This document shows positions 1 to 10,153 of a stretch of DNA of 64,000 nt, piece by piece. Position 1 is the stretch's first letter. The number at the start of each line of letters is the position of its first letter. The DNA lies in contig OY762492.1 of the NCBI GenBank assembly GCA_963665845.2, positions 480,001 to 544,000 of the forward strand, in the 5' to 3' direction. Made by a program: the position numbers and the translations under genes. Source of the stretch: Candidatus Poribacteria bacterium (lineage in GTDB: Bacteria > Poribacteria > WGA-4E > GCA-2687025). A model generated the notes under the pieces. The model saw nothing but the letters and a program-made list of their open reading frames with translations. It was not told the DNA's origin and did not search any database.

Positions 1-869
1 TCGATGAAAAAAACGGCTGGGCGGCCGGCGCCGCCGGGACGATCTACGCGACCCGCGACGGGGGCGTCTCATGGGAACTTCAGAGAATCAACGCCCCTTT
101 CCAGCTGTTCGGCTTAGCAATAGTCAGCCCCAAAAAAGGCTTTGTCGTTGGCGACAACCGCACCTTTTTTGAAACAAGAGACGGAAACGCATGGCTGCCG
201 CTCCAAAACACGCGAAGCGAGACAGGACAAGAACGGCGCATCGCCACAAGCGACGGGGCGGAACTGTCCCTCCCCTCCAACGCCATCGAATTCATGCCGG
301 ACGGCAAAACGGGCTGGCTCGTCGGAGAAAACGCGAAGGCGATCAAAACCGAAGACGGCGGCGCTACATGGACATCCCACACCGCGAACGCTCAAGAGGC
401 GTCTCTCAACACGCTCTACGGGCTGGCAATTCTTTCCAAAAGCGAGATGACAGCGGTCGGCTTAGCCGGCGCCATCATCCGCACAACCGACGGCGGCGAC
501 ACCTGGGAAGCGATCGACTCCAACGTCTTTGAGCAACTGAACGACATCGCATTCGCCCCTGACGGCAAAACGGGCTGGATCGTCGGCACAGGCGGAACGA
601 TCCTGCAGTCCACAGACGGCGGGAACACATGGGTTGCCCAGATCAGCAACGCCTCCACGGTCAGTCTCAACGCGGTTGCCCCGGTCTCCGCGGCGGAAGC
701 GTGGGCGGCGGGCGAATCGGCGACGCTGCTTCATACGCTGGACGGCGGCGTCACATGGACGCGCATGGAAACGCCGACGCGGACGCTGGATCTGAACGGC
801 GTCGCCGCCGCGCCGGACGGGCGCGTCTGGGCGGCGGGCGAATGGGGCATCATTTTGGTTTATGAATGA
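1..869 (+). CDS. YCF48/BNR-repeat beta-propeller protein (5' truncated by window edge)
   Basis: Frame of ORF 294..869 is open back to position 3 (DEKNGWAAGAAGTIYATRDGGVSWE...); repeated GWxVG...T.DGG.TW Asp-box motifs. Confidence 0.85.
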   Translation, partial: DEKNGWAAGAAGTIYATRDGGVSWELQRINAPFQLFGLAIVSPKKGFVVGDNRTFFETRDGNAWLPLQNTRSETGQERRIATSDGAELSLPSNAIEFMPDGKTGWLVGENAKAIKTEDGGATWTSHTANAQEASLNTLYGLAILSKSEMTAVGLAGAIIRTTDGGDTWEAIDSNVFEQLNDIAFAPDGKTGWIVGTGGTILQSTDGGNTWVAQISNASTVSLNAVAPVSAAEAWAAGESATLLHTLDGGVTWTRMETPTRTLDLNGVAAAPDGRVWAAGEWGIILVYE

Positions 870-1854
870 ACCGCTCCGCCGACGGAAACTGCCGGCATAC
901 GATGCCGCGTATCTCGTCTGCGTCGGTCGTCTGCATGATGTGTCCGCGCAGCTCCGCCGCGTTCGGAAAACCGCTTAGGTAACGTTTCACATGCCGGCGG
1001 AGCCGGCGGACGCCGCGCTCCCCTTTCGAGTCGGCGACGACGCCCAGATGCTCTAGATACAGCCCGGCGCGTTCCTCCGGGGTCGGCATGGGCGGCGCCG
1101 CGCCTGTTTCCAGCAGCGCCTTTGTCTGCGCGAATATCCACGGGTTGCCGATGGCGCCGCGCCCGATCATGACCGCGTCCGCGCCCGTTTCGTTCAGCAT
1201 GCGCACCGCGTCCGCCGGCGCTGCCACATCCCCGTTTCCGATGACCGGTATGCGGGCGGCGTCTTTGGCGGCGCGTATCCATGACCAGTCGGCGACGCCT
1301 TTGAACATCTGCGCGCGGGTGCGTCCATGGAAGGCGATCGCCTGCGCGCCCGCCCGCTCCATCCGCTCAACGGTCTCCAGCGCGTTGATCGAGTCGCCGT
1401 CCCATCCGATGCGCGTTTTGACCGTGACAGGGATGCCGCGCGGTTTCATCGCTTGAACGACCGCCGCCGTGATCGCCTCCATGCGTTCCGGAAAACGCAG
1501 CAGACCCGACCCGGCGCATGACGTTTCGCCCCCGTAGGCGACCTTCTTGGCGGGGCAGCCAAAGTTGATGTCCAGTATGTCGGGCTGAAGCTCCGCCGCT
1601 TTCTCGGCGGCGCGCGTCATCGCCTCCACCCGGTTGCCGTAGATCTGAATGGCAAAGGGGCGTTCGTCCTCCCCAAACTGCAGCTTTTGAAGCGCCGCGT
1701 CAACGTCGCGCGCGATCGCCTCCGCCGCCGCAAACTCGGTATACAGCAGCGAAGCGCCCATGCGCTTGCACAGCCGCCGAAACGGCTGGTCTGTAACATC
1801 CTCCATCGGCGCCAGAATCGCCCCCGGCTCAATGCGCGCGTCTCCGATTTGCAT
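850..1854 (-). CDS. dusB: tRNA-dihydrouridine synthase B
   Basis: LAPMEDVTD, DINFGCP, VTVKTRIGWD, HGRTRAQ, NGDV, MIGRGAIGNPW motifs. Confidence 0.93.
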   Translation of the reverse strand: MQIGDARIEPGAILAPMEDVTDQPFRRLCKRMGASLLYTEFAAAEAIARDVDAALQKLQFGEDERPFAIQIYGNRVEAMTRAAEKAAELQPDILDINFGCPAKKVAYGGETSCAGSGLLRFPERMEAITAAVVQAMKPRGIPVTVKTRIGWDGDSINALETVERMERAGAQAIAFHGRTRAQMFKGVADWSWIRAAKDAARIPVIGNGDVAAPADAVRMLNETGADAVMIGRGAIGNPWIFAQTKALLETGAAPPMPTPEERAGLYLEHLGVVADSKGERGVRRLRRHVKRYLSGFPNAAELRGHIMQTTDADEIRGIVCRQFPSAERFIHKPK

Positions 1855-1860
1855 GCGCGT

Positions 1861-2670
1861 TTAGGCTTCCGTCACCCACTCAAACGGCGGGCGCGCGTAC
1901 CCCTGCTCTTCCGCCCAGCGCGCCAACCCGTCGCCCGCGCCGAGTATCTGCTGCCCGACCGCGCCCACCTGCTCCAGAACCGCTTCGTCCGGTTGAACGG
2001 AGCGCATCGCCTCCTTGTATCCGCCCAGCCATCGGTATGCGTAGCCGAAGATGACCGCTTTTGAGACGCGGTCAGACAGATTCGGCGCCGCCGTATGAAA
2101 GATACGGTTTTCAAACAGGACAAGGTCCCCGGCGTTTAGACGCAGATCCACGGCGCCTTCAGGGTCGGCGGCGCCTTTCGGTATCGTCAGCGGGGACGCA
2201 AGCAGATGCGAACCTGGAGCAAAAAGCGTCATTCCCGAAAGCGGTTCATCAAAGTCGGTCAAGCAGTACGCCGCCTTGATTCCGACGCGCGGCAGGTTCG
2301 CATGCCCAAGATCCTCCGTGATGCCGGCGTCCCGGTGCCATCCGCGCCGCATGCGCGTCTCTTCGCTGTCCGGCTCCGGGTATTTGTAGATGACCGCCGT
2401 TGTGTGCAGCTGTATGTTCGGCGAAAGCAGCTGCGCGATGTAAGGCACGGCGGGCGAATGCGTCAAGAGCGGATGGAACGCCGGCTCCTGGACGATGCCG
2501 GGGCGCAGCTGAACATAACTGCCTTTGTTGTCCAGCGCGTCGATCATCCGATCGCTTATCCGCTCATACTGCTGGATTTCCTCGTCAGAGAGGGCGTTTG
2601 GGACTGCGAGAAACCCGTTCTTGTCAAAGAGCCGGCGCTGCCTGTCCGACAGCGGCGCGTTTTCCATCAT
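1861..2670 (-). CDS. Phytanoyl-CoA dioxygenase (PhyH) family Fe/2OG dioxygenase
   Basis: F.+NGFL start, WHRD (HxD), PGSH, AGD..LF...FH...N. Confidence 0.88.
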   Translation of the reverse strand: MMENAPLSDRQRRLFDKNGFLAVPNALSDEEIQQYERISDRMIDALDNKGSYVQLRPGIVQEPAFHPLLTHSPAVPYIAQLLSPNIQLHTTAVIYKYPEPDSEETRMRRGWHRDAGITEDLGHANLPRVGIKAAYCLTDFDEPLSGMTLFAPGSHLLASPLTIPKGAADPEGAVDLRLNAGDLVLFENRIFHTAAPNLSDRVSKAVIFGYAYRWLGGYKEAMRSVQPDEAVLEQVGAVGQQILGAGDGLARWAEEQGYARPPFEWVTEA

Positions 2671-2679
2671 CCTCTCCGT

Positions 2680-3042
2680 TCACGAATTCGGGTCGGTGAC
2701 GGGCGGAACGCCGCTGTCCTGAAGCGGCTCCGGCTGAACAGCGCGGCGGCGCGCGTTTCGGATGCGGTCTTTATGCCGCCGCAGCTGTTTTGCCGCTTTG
2801 GCGAGCGCCGCGTCGATCGCCTGCGAAACGGAGCCGGCTCCGCTGACGCTGGCGCGGAACGCGGCGCGCTTGCCGCTTAAAGTGATCACAACATCAAACC
2901 TCCCTCCGCGCTCCTCAATATGCGCAGCCGCGTCGGTGATCCCGATTCCGATCTGCGCCAGACGCTCAAGGCGCTCCGCAAGATCGCTGCGGGTCTGCGC
3001 CGGTAGATGAAAAGGCTTGGATCGCATTTCGATATGCATCAT
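2680..3042 (-). CDS. hpf: Ribosome hibernation promoting factor (HPF/RaiA, sigma54 modulation protein)
   Basis: Directly after rpoN; AIDAALAKAAKQLRRHKDR signature; GGAG RBS before ATG at 3042. Confidence 0.75.
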   Translation of the reverse strand: MMHIEMRSKPFHLPAQTRSDLAERLERLAQIGIGITDAAAHIEERGGRFDVVITLSGKRAAFRASVSGAGSVSQAIDAALAKAAKQLRRHKDRIRNARRRAVQPEPLQDSGVPPVTDPNS

Positions 3043-3095
3043 GGGTCTCCGTTCCTTGTTGTGAAGGTGTGTCGGAAGCGCCGCCGTCAGGCGGT

Positions 3096-4553
3096 TCACT
3101 TCCACTGGGTTTTACGTTGACTGGACGGCGGTATGCCAAGTTGGCCGCGGTATTTTGCGACCGTGCGCCGGGCGACCTGCGTTCCGCTCTCTTTTAAAAG
3201 CTGGCTGATCGCCTCGTCGCTGAACGGGCTTGCAGGATCCTCGTTTTTCACGATCTTCTCAATTTCGGCGCGGACGCTGACAGACGACTCCTTGCCGCCG
3301 TCCCGCCGGCGCAGCCCGCTTGAAAAGAAGTACTTCAGCTCAAACACTCCCAGCGGGGTCTGCACGTACTTGCCGTTGGTCGCGCGGCTCACGGTCGACT
3401 CATGCTTTCCGATCCGAACGGCGATGTCGCGCAGACCGAGCGGCTTCAAACCGCGCTCCCCTTGTTCCAAAAAATCGCGTTGTATTTTAAAAATCTCGCG
3501 CGCGACCATCTCAATCGTCCTGCCGCGCTCCTGGATGTTCCGTATCAGCTCCAGCGCGCGCTCTCGATACCGTTCCAGCCACTCCCGCTCGTCAGGGCGA
3601 AGGTCCGACGCGCGCTCCAGCATGTCCAGATATTTGCGGTTGAGGCGAAGCGGCGGTATCGAATCGTTCACCGCCGACACAACATACTCTCCGTTCTCTT
3701 TGGAGACGATCACATCGGGGGAGATTGCAAACGTCTCCTGCGCATACCGCTTGCTCCCGCGGTAACCCTCATAAAAACCGCTTGCAGGCGACAGCTTCAA
3801 GCTGGACAGCCGCTGTTTCGCCTCCTGAATGCGCTCCGTATTGCATCCCAGCGCCTTCGCCATCTTCGGCGCCCTGTTATGCAGCAGATCGTCGTAATGC
3901 TCCCGCACCATCGCCAGCGCAATCGGGTCGGACGACTCGTCCGCTTCCATCTGTCGAATGAAAAACTCTTGGCGGTTTCTGGACGCCGTACCGACAGGGT
4001 CGAAGTTTTTTTGGATGTAGATCAGTATCTCTTCCACCTCGTCGCCGCCCCTGCCCACCCTGTCTGCCAGCTCCGACAGCTCTATGGCAAGAAAGCCGTC
4101 GTCGTCCAGGTTGCCGAGTATCCATTCGCACACCTTGCGGTCGCCGTCGGAGAGCCGCTTCATCGCCAGCTGCTCCCGCAGCTCGTCTAAAAAGGTGGTT
4201 TCGACGGCGAAATCGGGGCGGCGATCCTCGTCAAACTCCTCATACTCCATGGATGAGCGCATCGGCGGAAGGCTGTCGTCCATAAAATCCTCAACGCGGA
4301 TTTCAGGATAATTCTCCTCCTCTTCCGCCGCCTCCAGCTCCTCGCTGTTGAGCGGCTCCGCCTCCTGTTCAAACTCGTTTTCAGGGTCGATGTCAACCCC
4401 CTCTTCCAGGAGGATGTTCTCTTCCATCTCCTCGGCGATGCGCTCCAGCAGCTCCAGCCTGTCCATCTGCATGATGCGTATCGCCTGATGCATCTTTGCT
4501 GTCATGGCGAGCGCTTGACGCTGCGACTGGCGTATTCCGATGGAGGTACGCAT
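3096..4553 (-). CDS. rpoN: RNA polymerase sigma-54 factor
   Basis: Gln-rich region I, HESTVSRAT HTH, RpoN box ARRTVAKYR. Confidence 0.97.
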   Translation of the reverse strand: MRTSIGIRQSQRQALAMTAKMHQAIRIMQMDRLELLERIAEEMEENILLEEGVDIDPENEFEQEAEPLNSEELEAAEEEENYPEIRVEDFMDDSLPPMRSSMEYEEFDEDRRPDFAVETTFLDELREQLAMKRLSDGDRKVCEWILGNLDDDGFLAIELSELADRVGRGGDEVEEILIYIQKNFDPVGTASRNRQEFFIRQMEADESSDPIALAMVREHYDDLLHNRAPKMAKALGCNTERIQEAKQRLSSLKLSPASGFYEGYRGSKRYAQETFAISPDVIVSKENGEYVVSAVNDSIPPLRLNRKYLDMLERASDLRPDEREWLERYRERALELIRNIQERGRTIEMVAREIFKIQRDFLEQGERGLKPLGLRDIAVRIGKHESTVSRATNGKYVQTPLGVFELKYFFSSGLRRRDGGKESSVSVRAEIEKIVKNEDPASPFSDEAISQLLKESGTQVARRTVAKYRGQLGIPPSSQRKTQWK

Positions 4554-4555
4554 GC

Positions 4556-5281
4556 TCAGCTCGATTCTCTGCCGTTGCCGAAGTAGTAACGGCGCGCCTC
4601 TTCGCTTTGCAGCAGCTCGCTCGGCGCGCCTTCCAACAGTATCTTGCCGTCCACAATCAGATATGCCCGGTTGGCGATCTCCAGCGTCTCCGCCGCGTTA
4701 TGATCCGTCACCACAATGCCGATGCCGCGCTCGCGCAATTGCGCCGCCACCTGCTGAATGTCCTGTATCGTCTTCGGGTCGATGCCTGCAAACGGCTCGT
4801 CCAGCAGCATAAATTTGGGCGCGATGGTGAGCGTCCGCGCGATCTCCGCCCGGCGCTGCTCGCCGCCGGACAACGTGAACGCCTTGTTATGCTCAAGATG
4901 CGACAGCCCAAACTCGCGCAGCAGCTCATCTTTACGCTTGATCTGCTCATCTTTGGACATTTTCTGCGCTTCCAAAACAGCCAGCAGGTTCTCGCCGACC
5001 GTCATCTTTCGGAAGATGGACGGCTCCTGAGGCAGATACGCGATGCCCTTTCGCGCCCGTTTATACATCGGCAGCCCGGCAAGCGGCTCCCCGTCCAGAT
5101 AGATTTCGCCGCTGCGGGGGCGCGTCAAGCCGACGATCATGCGGAACGTCTGCGTCTTTCCCGCGCCGTTCGGGCCGAGAAGCCCGACAATCTCGCCCGT
5201 GTTCACCTTGAGGCTCACATGGTCGACAACAACGCGCTTGCCGTACGATTTGACAAGTTCGTCAGTCTGAAGAACCGCCAT
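4556..5281 (-). CDS. lptB: LPS export ABC transporter ATPase
   Basis: GPNGAGKT, YLPQEPSIFR, LSGGEQRRAEIAR, LLDEPFAGIDP; start set at MAVLQ. Confidence 0.95.
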   Translation of the reverse strand: MAVLQTDELVKSYGKRVVVDHVSLKVNTGEIVGLLGPNGAGKTQTFRMIVGLTRPRSGEIYLDGEPLAGLPMYKRARKGIAYLPQEPSIFRKMTVGENLLAVLEAQKMSKDEQIKRKDELLREFGLSHLEHNKAFTLSGGEQRRAEIARTLTIAPKFMLLDEPFAGIDPKTIQDIQQVAAQLRERGIGIVVTDHNAAETLEIANRAYLIVDGKILLEGAPSELLQSEEARRYYFGNGRESS

Positions 5282-6164
5282 CCGCGTTCTCCTCGATCTG
5301 CTCTTCAGCGTTTTCGTCGGTCTGCTCTTCGGCTCCCTCCGCCGGCTCTTCAGCGGGAAGCCGAAAACGAAATTTGGCGGGAGAGCCTTTTGCGATCTGC
5401 TTTTTCTGCCCTTCGCGGTTGTCGTATTGAAAGCTCTCCGCTTCAAGCCGCGTCCCTTCTTGGAGAACGACGACGCGCCCGGTCAGCTCCATGATTTTCC
5501 CCTCGTCCAGAAAATCGGCGCGGTCGCAGGTGGCTTGAATGTCGTCCTGGCGCAAACGCACATCGCCCTCCGCGGTCATCCGTTCCGTTGCGGCGCCGTT
5601 TTCATCCGTTTCCATGCGCATCGTCACCGTCAGCGCGTTCAGCGTTCCCGTATCGTCCAGACGGCGCATCTCAACGTTCCATCCTTGGCGCGACTCGTCC
5701 CTACGGTCGTAACGAAACTTGTCCGCCTTCATTTCATCCTTCTCCTGCAGAACGATCACTTTGCCGTCCTTGTTTGTCAGCTCAATGAGGTTCATTCCGT
5801 CGGTGAAGTCCGCCGCGTCGCATTCGGCGTTCATATCGCCTTCGCGCAGCTGAACGTTTCCTTCAGCCAGCATGCGGTGGGGACGGGGCGATTCTTCGTC
5901 CGGATCGTAAAACATCGTAATGCTGTCGGCGTAGAGATGCCCCGTTCCGTCAACGCGGTCTAGGCGCGCATTGCCTTCCAGTATCCGTACGCCTTTTTCA
6001 AGGTCGTCTCGGATGATGTCGGCGCTGCCGTTCACCTCGTCGCTTTGTTCTTCCTCCGCCCCGTCCTGGCTTTGAAGCGGCAGCGCCAGCAGAACGGCGG
6101 CGATGAAAGCGGCGGCTAATTTATGGCTCGGTCGGTTCCAGCAGATACGGCTCAATCGTTTCAT
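5262..6164 (-). CDS. LptA/OstA-like LPS transport periplasmic protein with two tandem OstA-like units
   Basis: Signal peptide; duplicated RMxAEGxVxLRxxDxxAxCDxADF blocks; between lptC and lptB. Confidence 0.75.
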   Translation of the reverse strand: MKRLSRICWNRPSHKLAAAFIAAVLLALPLQSQDGAEEEQSDEVNGSADIIRDDLEKGVRILEGNARLDRVDGTGHLYADSITMFYDPDEESPRPHRMLAEGNVQLREGDMNAECDAADFTDGMNLIELTNKDGKVIVLQEKDEMKADKFRYDRRDESRQGWNVEMRRLDDTGTLNALTVTMRMETDENGAATERMTAEGDVRLRQDDIQATCDRADFLDEGKIMELTGRVVVLQEGTRLEAESFQYDNREGQKKQIAKGSPAKFRFRLPAEEPAEGAEEQTDENAEEQIEENADGGSSD

Positions 6165-6735
6165 CCTTTGCTCGCAGTTGGAAGGTTGCGTCCAGAAGTT
6201 TCACCTTGCTTAGATTCGGCTCGCCCTCCATGCTTTTTGCCCATACGGTTGAATCTCCCCGCCGCAGCTCCACATCTCCCGGGGATATAAGTGTGCCATC
6301 TTCTTCGTTCCACAGCAACTTGTCCGAAAACATTTCGCCGTCTTCAGAGACAGCGCGCACATTTCCATGGATCGTCATGTCGCCCGATTTTTCGTCTAAG
6401 TCGCCTGTGTCGCCCGTGACGACGCAGACCGCCTTTCCCTCCTCATACAACATCAGCCGCGGTTCATGAACGACGATACGGTTCTTTCTTCGTATTTCAG
6501 CCTGCTTTCCTTTTAGATTCCACCGCTTCTCTTCCCGCCGAAACCTGTCCATCGAAAACTTTTCGATGAGCGCGTCGATCGGATCGTCCGCCGTTTCTTG
6601 ACGCTCCGCCCCGCAGCCGAACGCGGTCAACGCCCCGCAGAGAGCCGCGCAGAAAAACGCCGCGAGAGCTTTTAACCCGTCCCGCCCTGTTCCGTTTCGG
6701 GGCGCCGTTTCCATCGTTCGTGCATCCATATCCAC
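6121..6735 (-). CDS. lptC: LPS export periplasmic protein LptC-like (possible lipoprotein)
   Basis: Hydrophobic N-terminus ending AFGC; W.L.G..A, GNV, SDKLLWN beta-jellyroll pattern; operon position. Confidence 0.75.
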   Translation of the reverse strand: MDMDARTMETAPRNGTGRDGLKALAAFFCAALCGALTAFGCGAERQETADDPIDALIEKFSMDRFRREEKRWNLKGKQAEIRRKNRIVVHEPRLMLYEEGKAVCVVTGDTGDLDEKSGDMTIHGNVRAVSEDGEMFSDKLLWNEEDGTLISPGDVELRRGDSTVWAKSMEGEPNLSKVKLLDATFQLRAKDETIEPYLLEPTEP

Positions 6736-7604
6736 TGTTCAGGTTCCCGTCGAATCTGCCGTTCGATGATGTTCGTATAGATGGCCGCGTTTGCGATTCG
6801 GTCCTGTTTTTCGCCGCCTGTCCGCTTCCATTGTATCGTCTCTCCGACGCGCAGCCGGTGTTTCCCCAGTTCCGTCCGCTCAATGAAGACCGGCAGGGCG
6901 GGCGCGTCATATTTACGGCTCAAGAGATACGGCCCGACCGGCGTATACGCCAGCTTTCCAAAAAACGGAACGAAGACGCCTTCGACGGAGGTGTCCACAT
7001 CGGGCAGTATTCCGAGCGCGCCGTTTGAACGCAGGCACTCCACGACGCCGCGCAGCCCCCGCTCTCTCGATATTGGGCGCATTCCGTACCGCGCCCGCTG
7101 CTCCACCGCCAGCCTGTTCAGCGCAGGCGAACGCAGATCGCGCCCCAGAGGCCAAAACGGAACGCCGTTTAGCGCGACCGCCGCGCCGCCCAACTCCCAG
7201 TTGCCGAAGTGCGCCATGACGAGAACGCAGCCCTGACCGGCGGACAGCGCCGCGCGAATCCGCTCCGTCTCCTCCGCTTCAACGACCGATCCGATCGTTT
7301 GCGAATTCAGCCGGCTGTGTTGAAACAGCTCCAGCGCCGACGCCGCCTGTTTTTGAAAGCAGCGCCTTGCCGCGCCGCGCGCCTCCTCCTCGGTCGTTTC
7401 TGGGAAGGCGGCTGTCAGCTGCTTTCGCGCAATCTCCGCCTCCCGTTTAAAAACGCGGTAGGCGAGCGCGCCCAGCTGGTCGGCGCGCCGCCTGACGCCT
7501 TCGTTCGACATACGGCGAACGCCGCACCTCAACGCCTTCGCGCCCGATATGTAAAGCGCGTCTTTCGTTCGCCGCCGCAGTCGGCGCCATGCGTTTGGTC
7601 TCAT
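6672..7604 (-). CDS. Lipid A late acyltransferase (LpxL/HtrB family)
   Basis: AHFGNWEL, LPDVD, FVPFFG, PEQWIWMHERWK. Confidence 0.88.
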   Translation of the reverse strand: MRPNAWRRLRRRTKDALYISGAKALRCGVRRMSNEGVRRRADQLGALAYRVFKREAEIARKQLTAAFPETTEEEARGAARRCFQKQAASALELFQHSRLNSQTIGSVVEAEETERIRAALSAGQGCVLVMAHFGNWELGGAAVALNGVPFWPLGRDLRSPALNRLAVEQRARYGMRPISRERGLRGVVECLRSNGALGILPDVDTSVEGVFVPFFGKLAYTPVGPYLLSRKYDAPALPVFIERTELGKHRLRVGETIQWKRTGGEKQDRIANAAIYTNIIERQIRREPEQWIWMHERWKRRPETEQGGTG

Positions 7605-7661
7605 TCGGCTCACTTCATACACATTATACCATGTTCGCCGCAGCCGGCAACGAGGGCGGCT

Positions 7662-8470
7662 GACCGGCAGTACGCCCATGCGATGATAGCCGTTTTTTTA
7701 ATCCTAAAGCGTCCGCGCCGCCGGTCGTTCCCCGCTGCCGCTATGAGCGTACTACCGAATCTGCCGTTCGTTTCTGACCTCACATCTTAAGTTGGGACAT
7801 GTCGGCATGGAAACGCGGTCGGCTTCTACGGCGCCTCTAGATTCCCGCTTACGCGGGAATGACGGTCTGGATTGCCGAGCCGTCGCGCAAAAATGAAGGT
7901 TGCCGCTTGTAGGTACTGCGCTGCTAGAAGTCGGCAATCAAGCCGATGAGCGCGAGCCGCTTGAACTGCAGGACTCCTCAAAGACGCTGTCTGTCGTCGT
8001 CATTCCCGCGTAAGCGGGAATCTTAAGGCATCGCAGCCGCTGCGACCGTCCTTTAAACCCCCCTAGCCCCTTTCAAGGGGGAATCGGACGCGGCGCCGCA
8101 AATATCTCCGTATGGGCATACTACCGCTGCTAGAAGTCGGCGATCAAGCCGATGAGCGCGAGCCGCTTGAACTGCAGCGCATCTTCAAAGACGTCGTCTG
8201 TCGCCGTCATTCCCGCGCAAGCGGGAATCCAGAGGCGCCGCGGAAACCGTCCGCGTTCGCCAAGCGTAAGGTCTGCGCGTCTATGACCATGCATAAAGTT
8301 GGGACATCTGAACGGCCAAAGCCTTTATTCATGGAAAAAACGCGCCGCCAACCAAATCGTCCCCCGCTTCCGCGAGGGCATGCATTCCCGCGCAAGCGGG
8401 AATCTAGAGGCGCCGCAGAAGACGTCCGCGTCCGCCCGCGGGCATGTCCAACTAAAAGACGCAAGGTCAG
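7662..8470. repeat. Intergenic mosaic of REP palindromes, MITE arms and a ~115-bp direct repeat
   Basis: Four ATTCCCGC-N4-GCGGGAAT palindromes (~7841, 8002, 8209, 8384); CCCCCTAGCCCCTTTCAAGGGGG at ~8057; GCTGCTAGAAGTCGGC...GCCGCTTGAACTGCAG twice (~7920, ~8125); MITE ends CTGACCT (7774) and AGGTCAG (8470). Confidence 0.9.
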
Positions 8471-8480
8471 AAACGCTGAT

Positions 8481-8509
8481 TTGCCTTAATCGAAGGCGCG
8501 TGGTATAGT
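8481..8509 (+). promoter_or_regulatory. Sigma70 promoter of rpsB-tsf-frr
   Basis: TTGCCT-17 bp-TATAGT with TG extension. Confidence 0.65.
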
Positions 8510-8563
8510 TTTAAATTGCAGCGCAGAGGGCGGTTTGTCCGCTTGTTTGGCAATGGATGAAAG

Positions 8564-9472
8564 ATGGAATTGGAGAGCCGTTTGGCAGAAATCACGATGA
8601 AATCGCTCCTTGAAGCGGGAGTTCATTTTGGGCATCGCACGCAGCGGTGGAACCCTAAAATGGCGGACTATATTTTTCAGGAGCGCAGCGGCATCTACTT
8701 TTTGGACCTGCATCAGACGTTGAAAATGGCGCATACGGCGGTCGATTTTGTCCGTCAAACCGCGGCAAGCGGGGGAAAAGTGCTCTTCGTCGGGACGAAA
8801 CCGCAAGCCGCTTCCATTATCGAAGAAGAAGCGAAGCGGTGCGGGCAATACTACGTGACGAACCGATGGCTGGGCGGAATGTTGACGAATTACCAGACCA
8901 TCTCCCGCAGCATTGACCGGCTGCGCCAGCTGGAAGAGATGGAAGATCAGGGCGTCATGGAGGAGCTGCCGAAGAAGGAGGCGTTGTCGCTTCGGCGGGA
9001 GCATGGCAAACTGACGCGCGTCCTGGACGGCATCAAGGATATGGGCGGCTTGCCGGCGGCGGTCGTCGTCATCGACACGCTGCGCGAGAAGATCGCGGTC
9101 GCCGAGGCGAACAAGCTGGCGATACCGATCATCGCCATCGTTGACACGAATTGCGACCCCGACCCGATCGATCTGCCGATACCGGGCAACGACGACGCGA
9201 TACGTTCTATACAGCTGCTGGTCTCCGCGCTGGCGGACGCCGCCATCGAGGGCGCGGCGACGCGCAGAGAAGGGCGGGATCCGTCCCAGGAGCAGGCGAG
9301 AGAGTCGCGCGCCGAAACCGAGGCGGATCGTCCGGAAGAGGCGGCGGCTGAAGAGAGCGCGCCGACGTCGGAGCCAGAATCTGAAGAGAACGAAACGACA
9401 GCGGAAGACGAGGCGCCTCCAGCCGAGCCTGAAGAAACGGAACCCGCGAACGAAGAATCGGAACCGCATTAA
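8564..9472 (+). CDS. rpsB: 30S ribosomal protein S2
   Basis: [34 protein letters not shown]; acidic C-terminal tail. Confidence 0.98.
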   Translation: MELESRLAEITMKSLLEAGVHFGHRTQRWNPKMADYIFQERSGIYFLDLHQTLKMAHTAVDFVRQTAASGGKVLFVGTKPQAASIIEEEAKRCGQYYVTNRWLGGMLTNYQTISRSIDRLRQLEEMEDQGVMEELPKKEALSLRREHGKLTRVLDGIKDMGGLPAAVVVIDTLREKIAVAEANKLAIPIIAIVDTNCDPDPIDLPIPGNDDAIRSIQLLVSALADAAIEGAATRREGRDPSQEQARESRAETEADRPEEAAAEESAPTSEPESEENETTAEDEAPPAEPEETEPANEESEPH

Positions 9473-9490
9473 CGGAAAGGAAAACCGCTC

Positions 9491-10135
9491 ATGGCTATCA
9501 CAGCGGCGCTTGTGAAGGAGCTGCGCGACAAGACGGGCGCTGGCATCATGGACTGCAAGGAAGCGCTGAAAGAGACGAACGGAGACCTGGAAGCCGCGGT
9601 GACTCATCTCCGAGAAAAAGGGATGAAGACGTACGAAAAGAAGGCGAGCCGCGTCGCAGGGGACGGTCTCGTTCAGTCGTACATTCATCCGGGGGGCAAA
9701 ATCGGGGTGCTGGTGGAGGTGAATTGCGAGACCGACTTCGTCGCCAAGACGGAGCAGTTTCAGACGCTGATTCATGAGGTGGCGATGCAGGTCGCCGCGA
9801 CCAGCCCGCAGTACGTTTCCAAAGAGGATGTGGAGCCGGGCGATCTTGAAAAGGAGCGGAAGATCTTGCTCGCCCAGGCTGAAAACGAAGGCAAACCGCC
9901 GCACATCGCCGAAAAGATGGTGGAGGGGCGGCTGCGGAAATTTTACGAGGAGCGTTGCCTGCTGAACCAGTCCTACATCCGCGACGAGTCGAAGACGGTC
10001 GAAACGCTGGTGAAAGAGACGGTGGCGCAGCTGGGCGAGCGGATTGTGATACGCCGTTTTGCGCGGTTTCAGCTTGGGCAGGGCGGAATTCATGCCGAGG
10101 CGGCGAAAGAAGCGAGCGGCGAGAACGCCGAATAG
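9491..10135 (+). CDS. tsf: Elongation factor Ts (short form)
   Basis: VKELRDKTGAGIMDCKEAL, EVNCETDFVA. Confidence 0.97.
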   Translation: MAITAALVKELRDKTGAGIMDCKEALKETNGDLEAAVTHLREKGMKTYEKKASRVAGDGLVQSYIHPGGKIGVLVEVNCETDFVAKTEQFQTLIHEVAMQVAATSPQYVSKEDVEPGDLEKERKILLAQAENEGKPPHIAEKMVEGRLRKFYEERCLLNQSYIRDESKTVETLVKETVAQLGERIVIRRFARFQLGQGGIHAEAAKEASGENAE

Positions 10136-10153
10136 CGCGGAGAGGAAAAAGCC

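Noticed and set aside
7752-8508. Small ORFs containing RHSRASGNPE / FPRKRES motifs (also at 40285-40737 and 45629-46028)
   Set aside because: Translations of the REP/MITE repeats, with no RBS or coding signal
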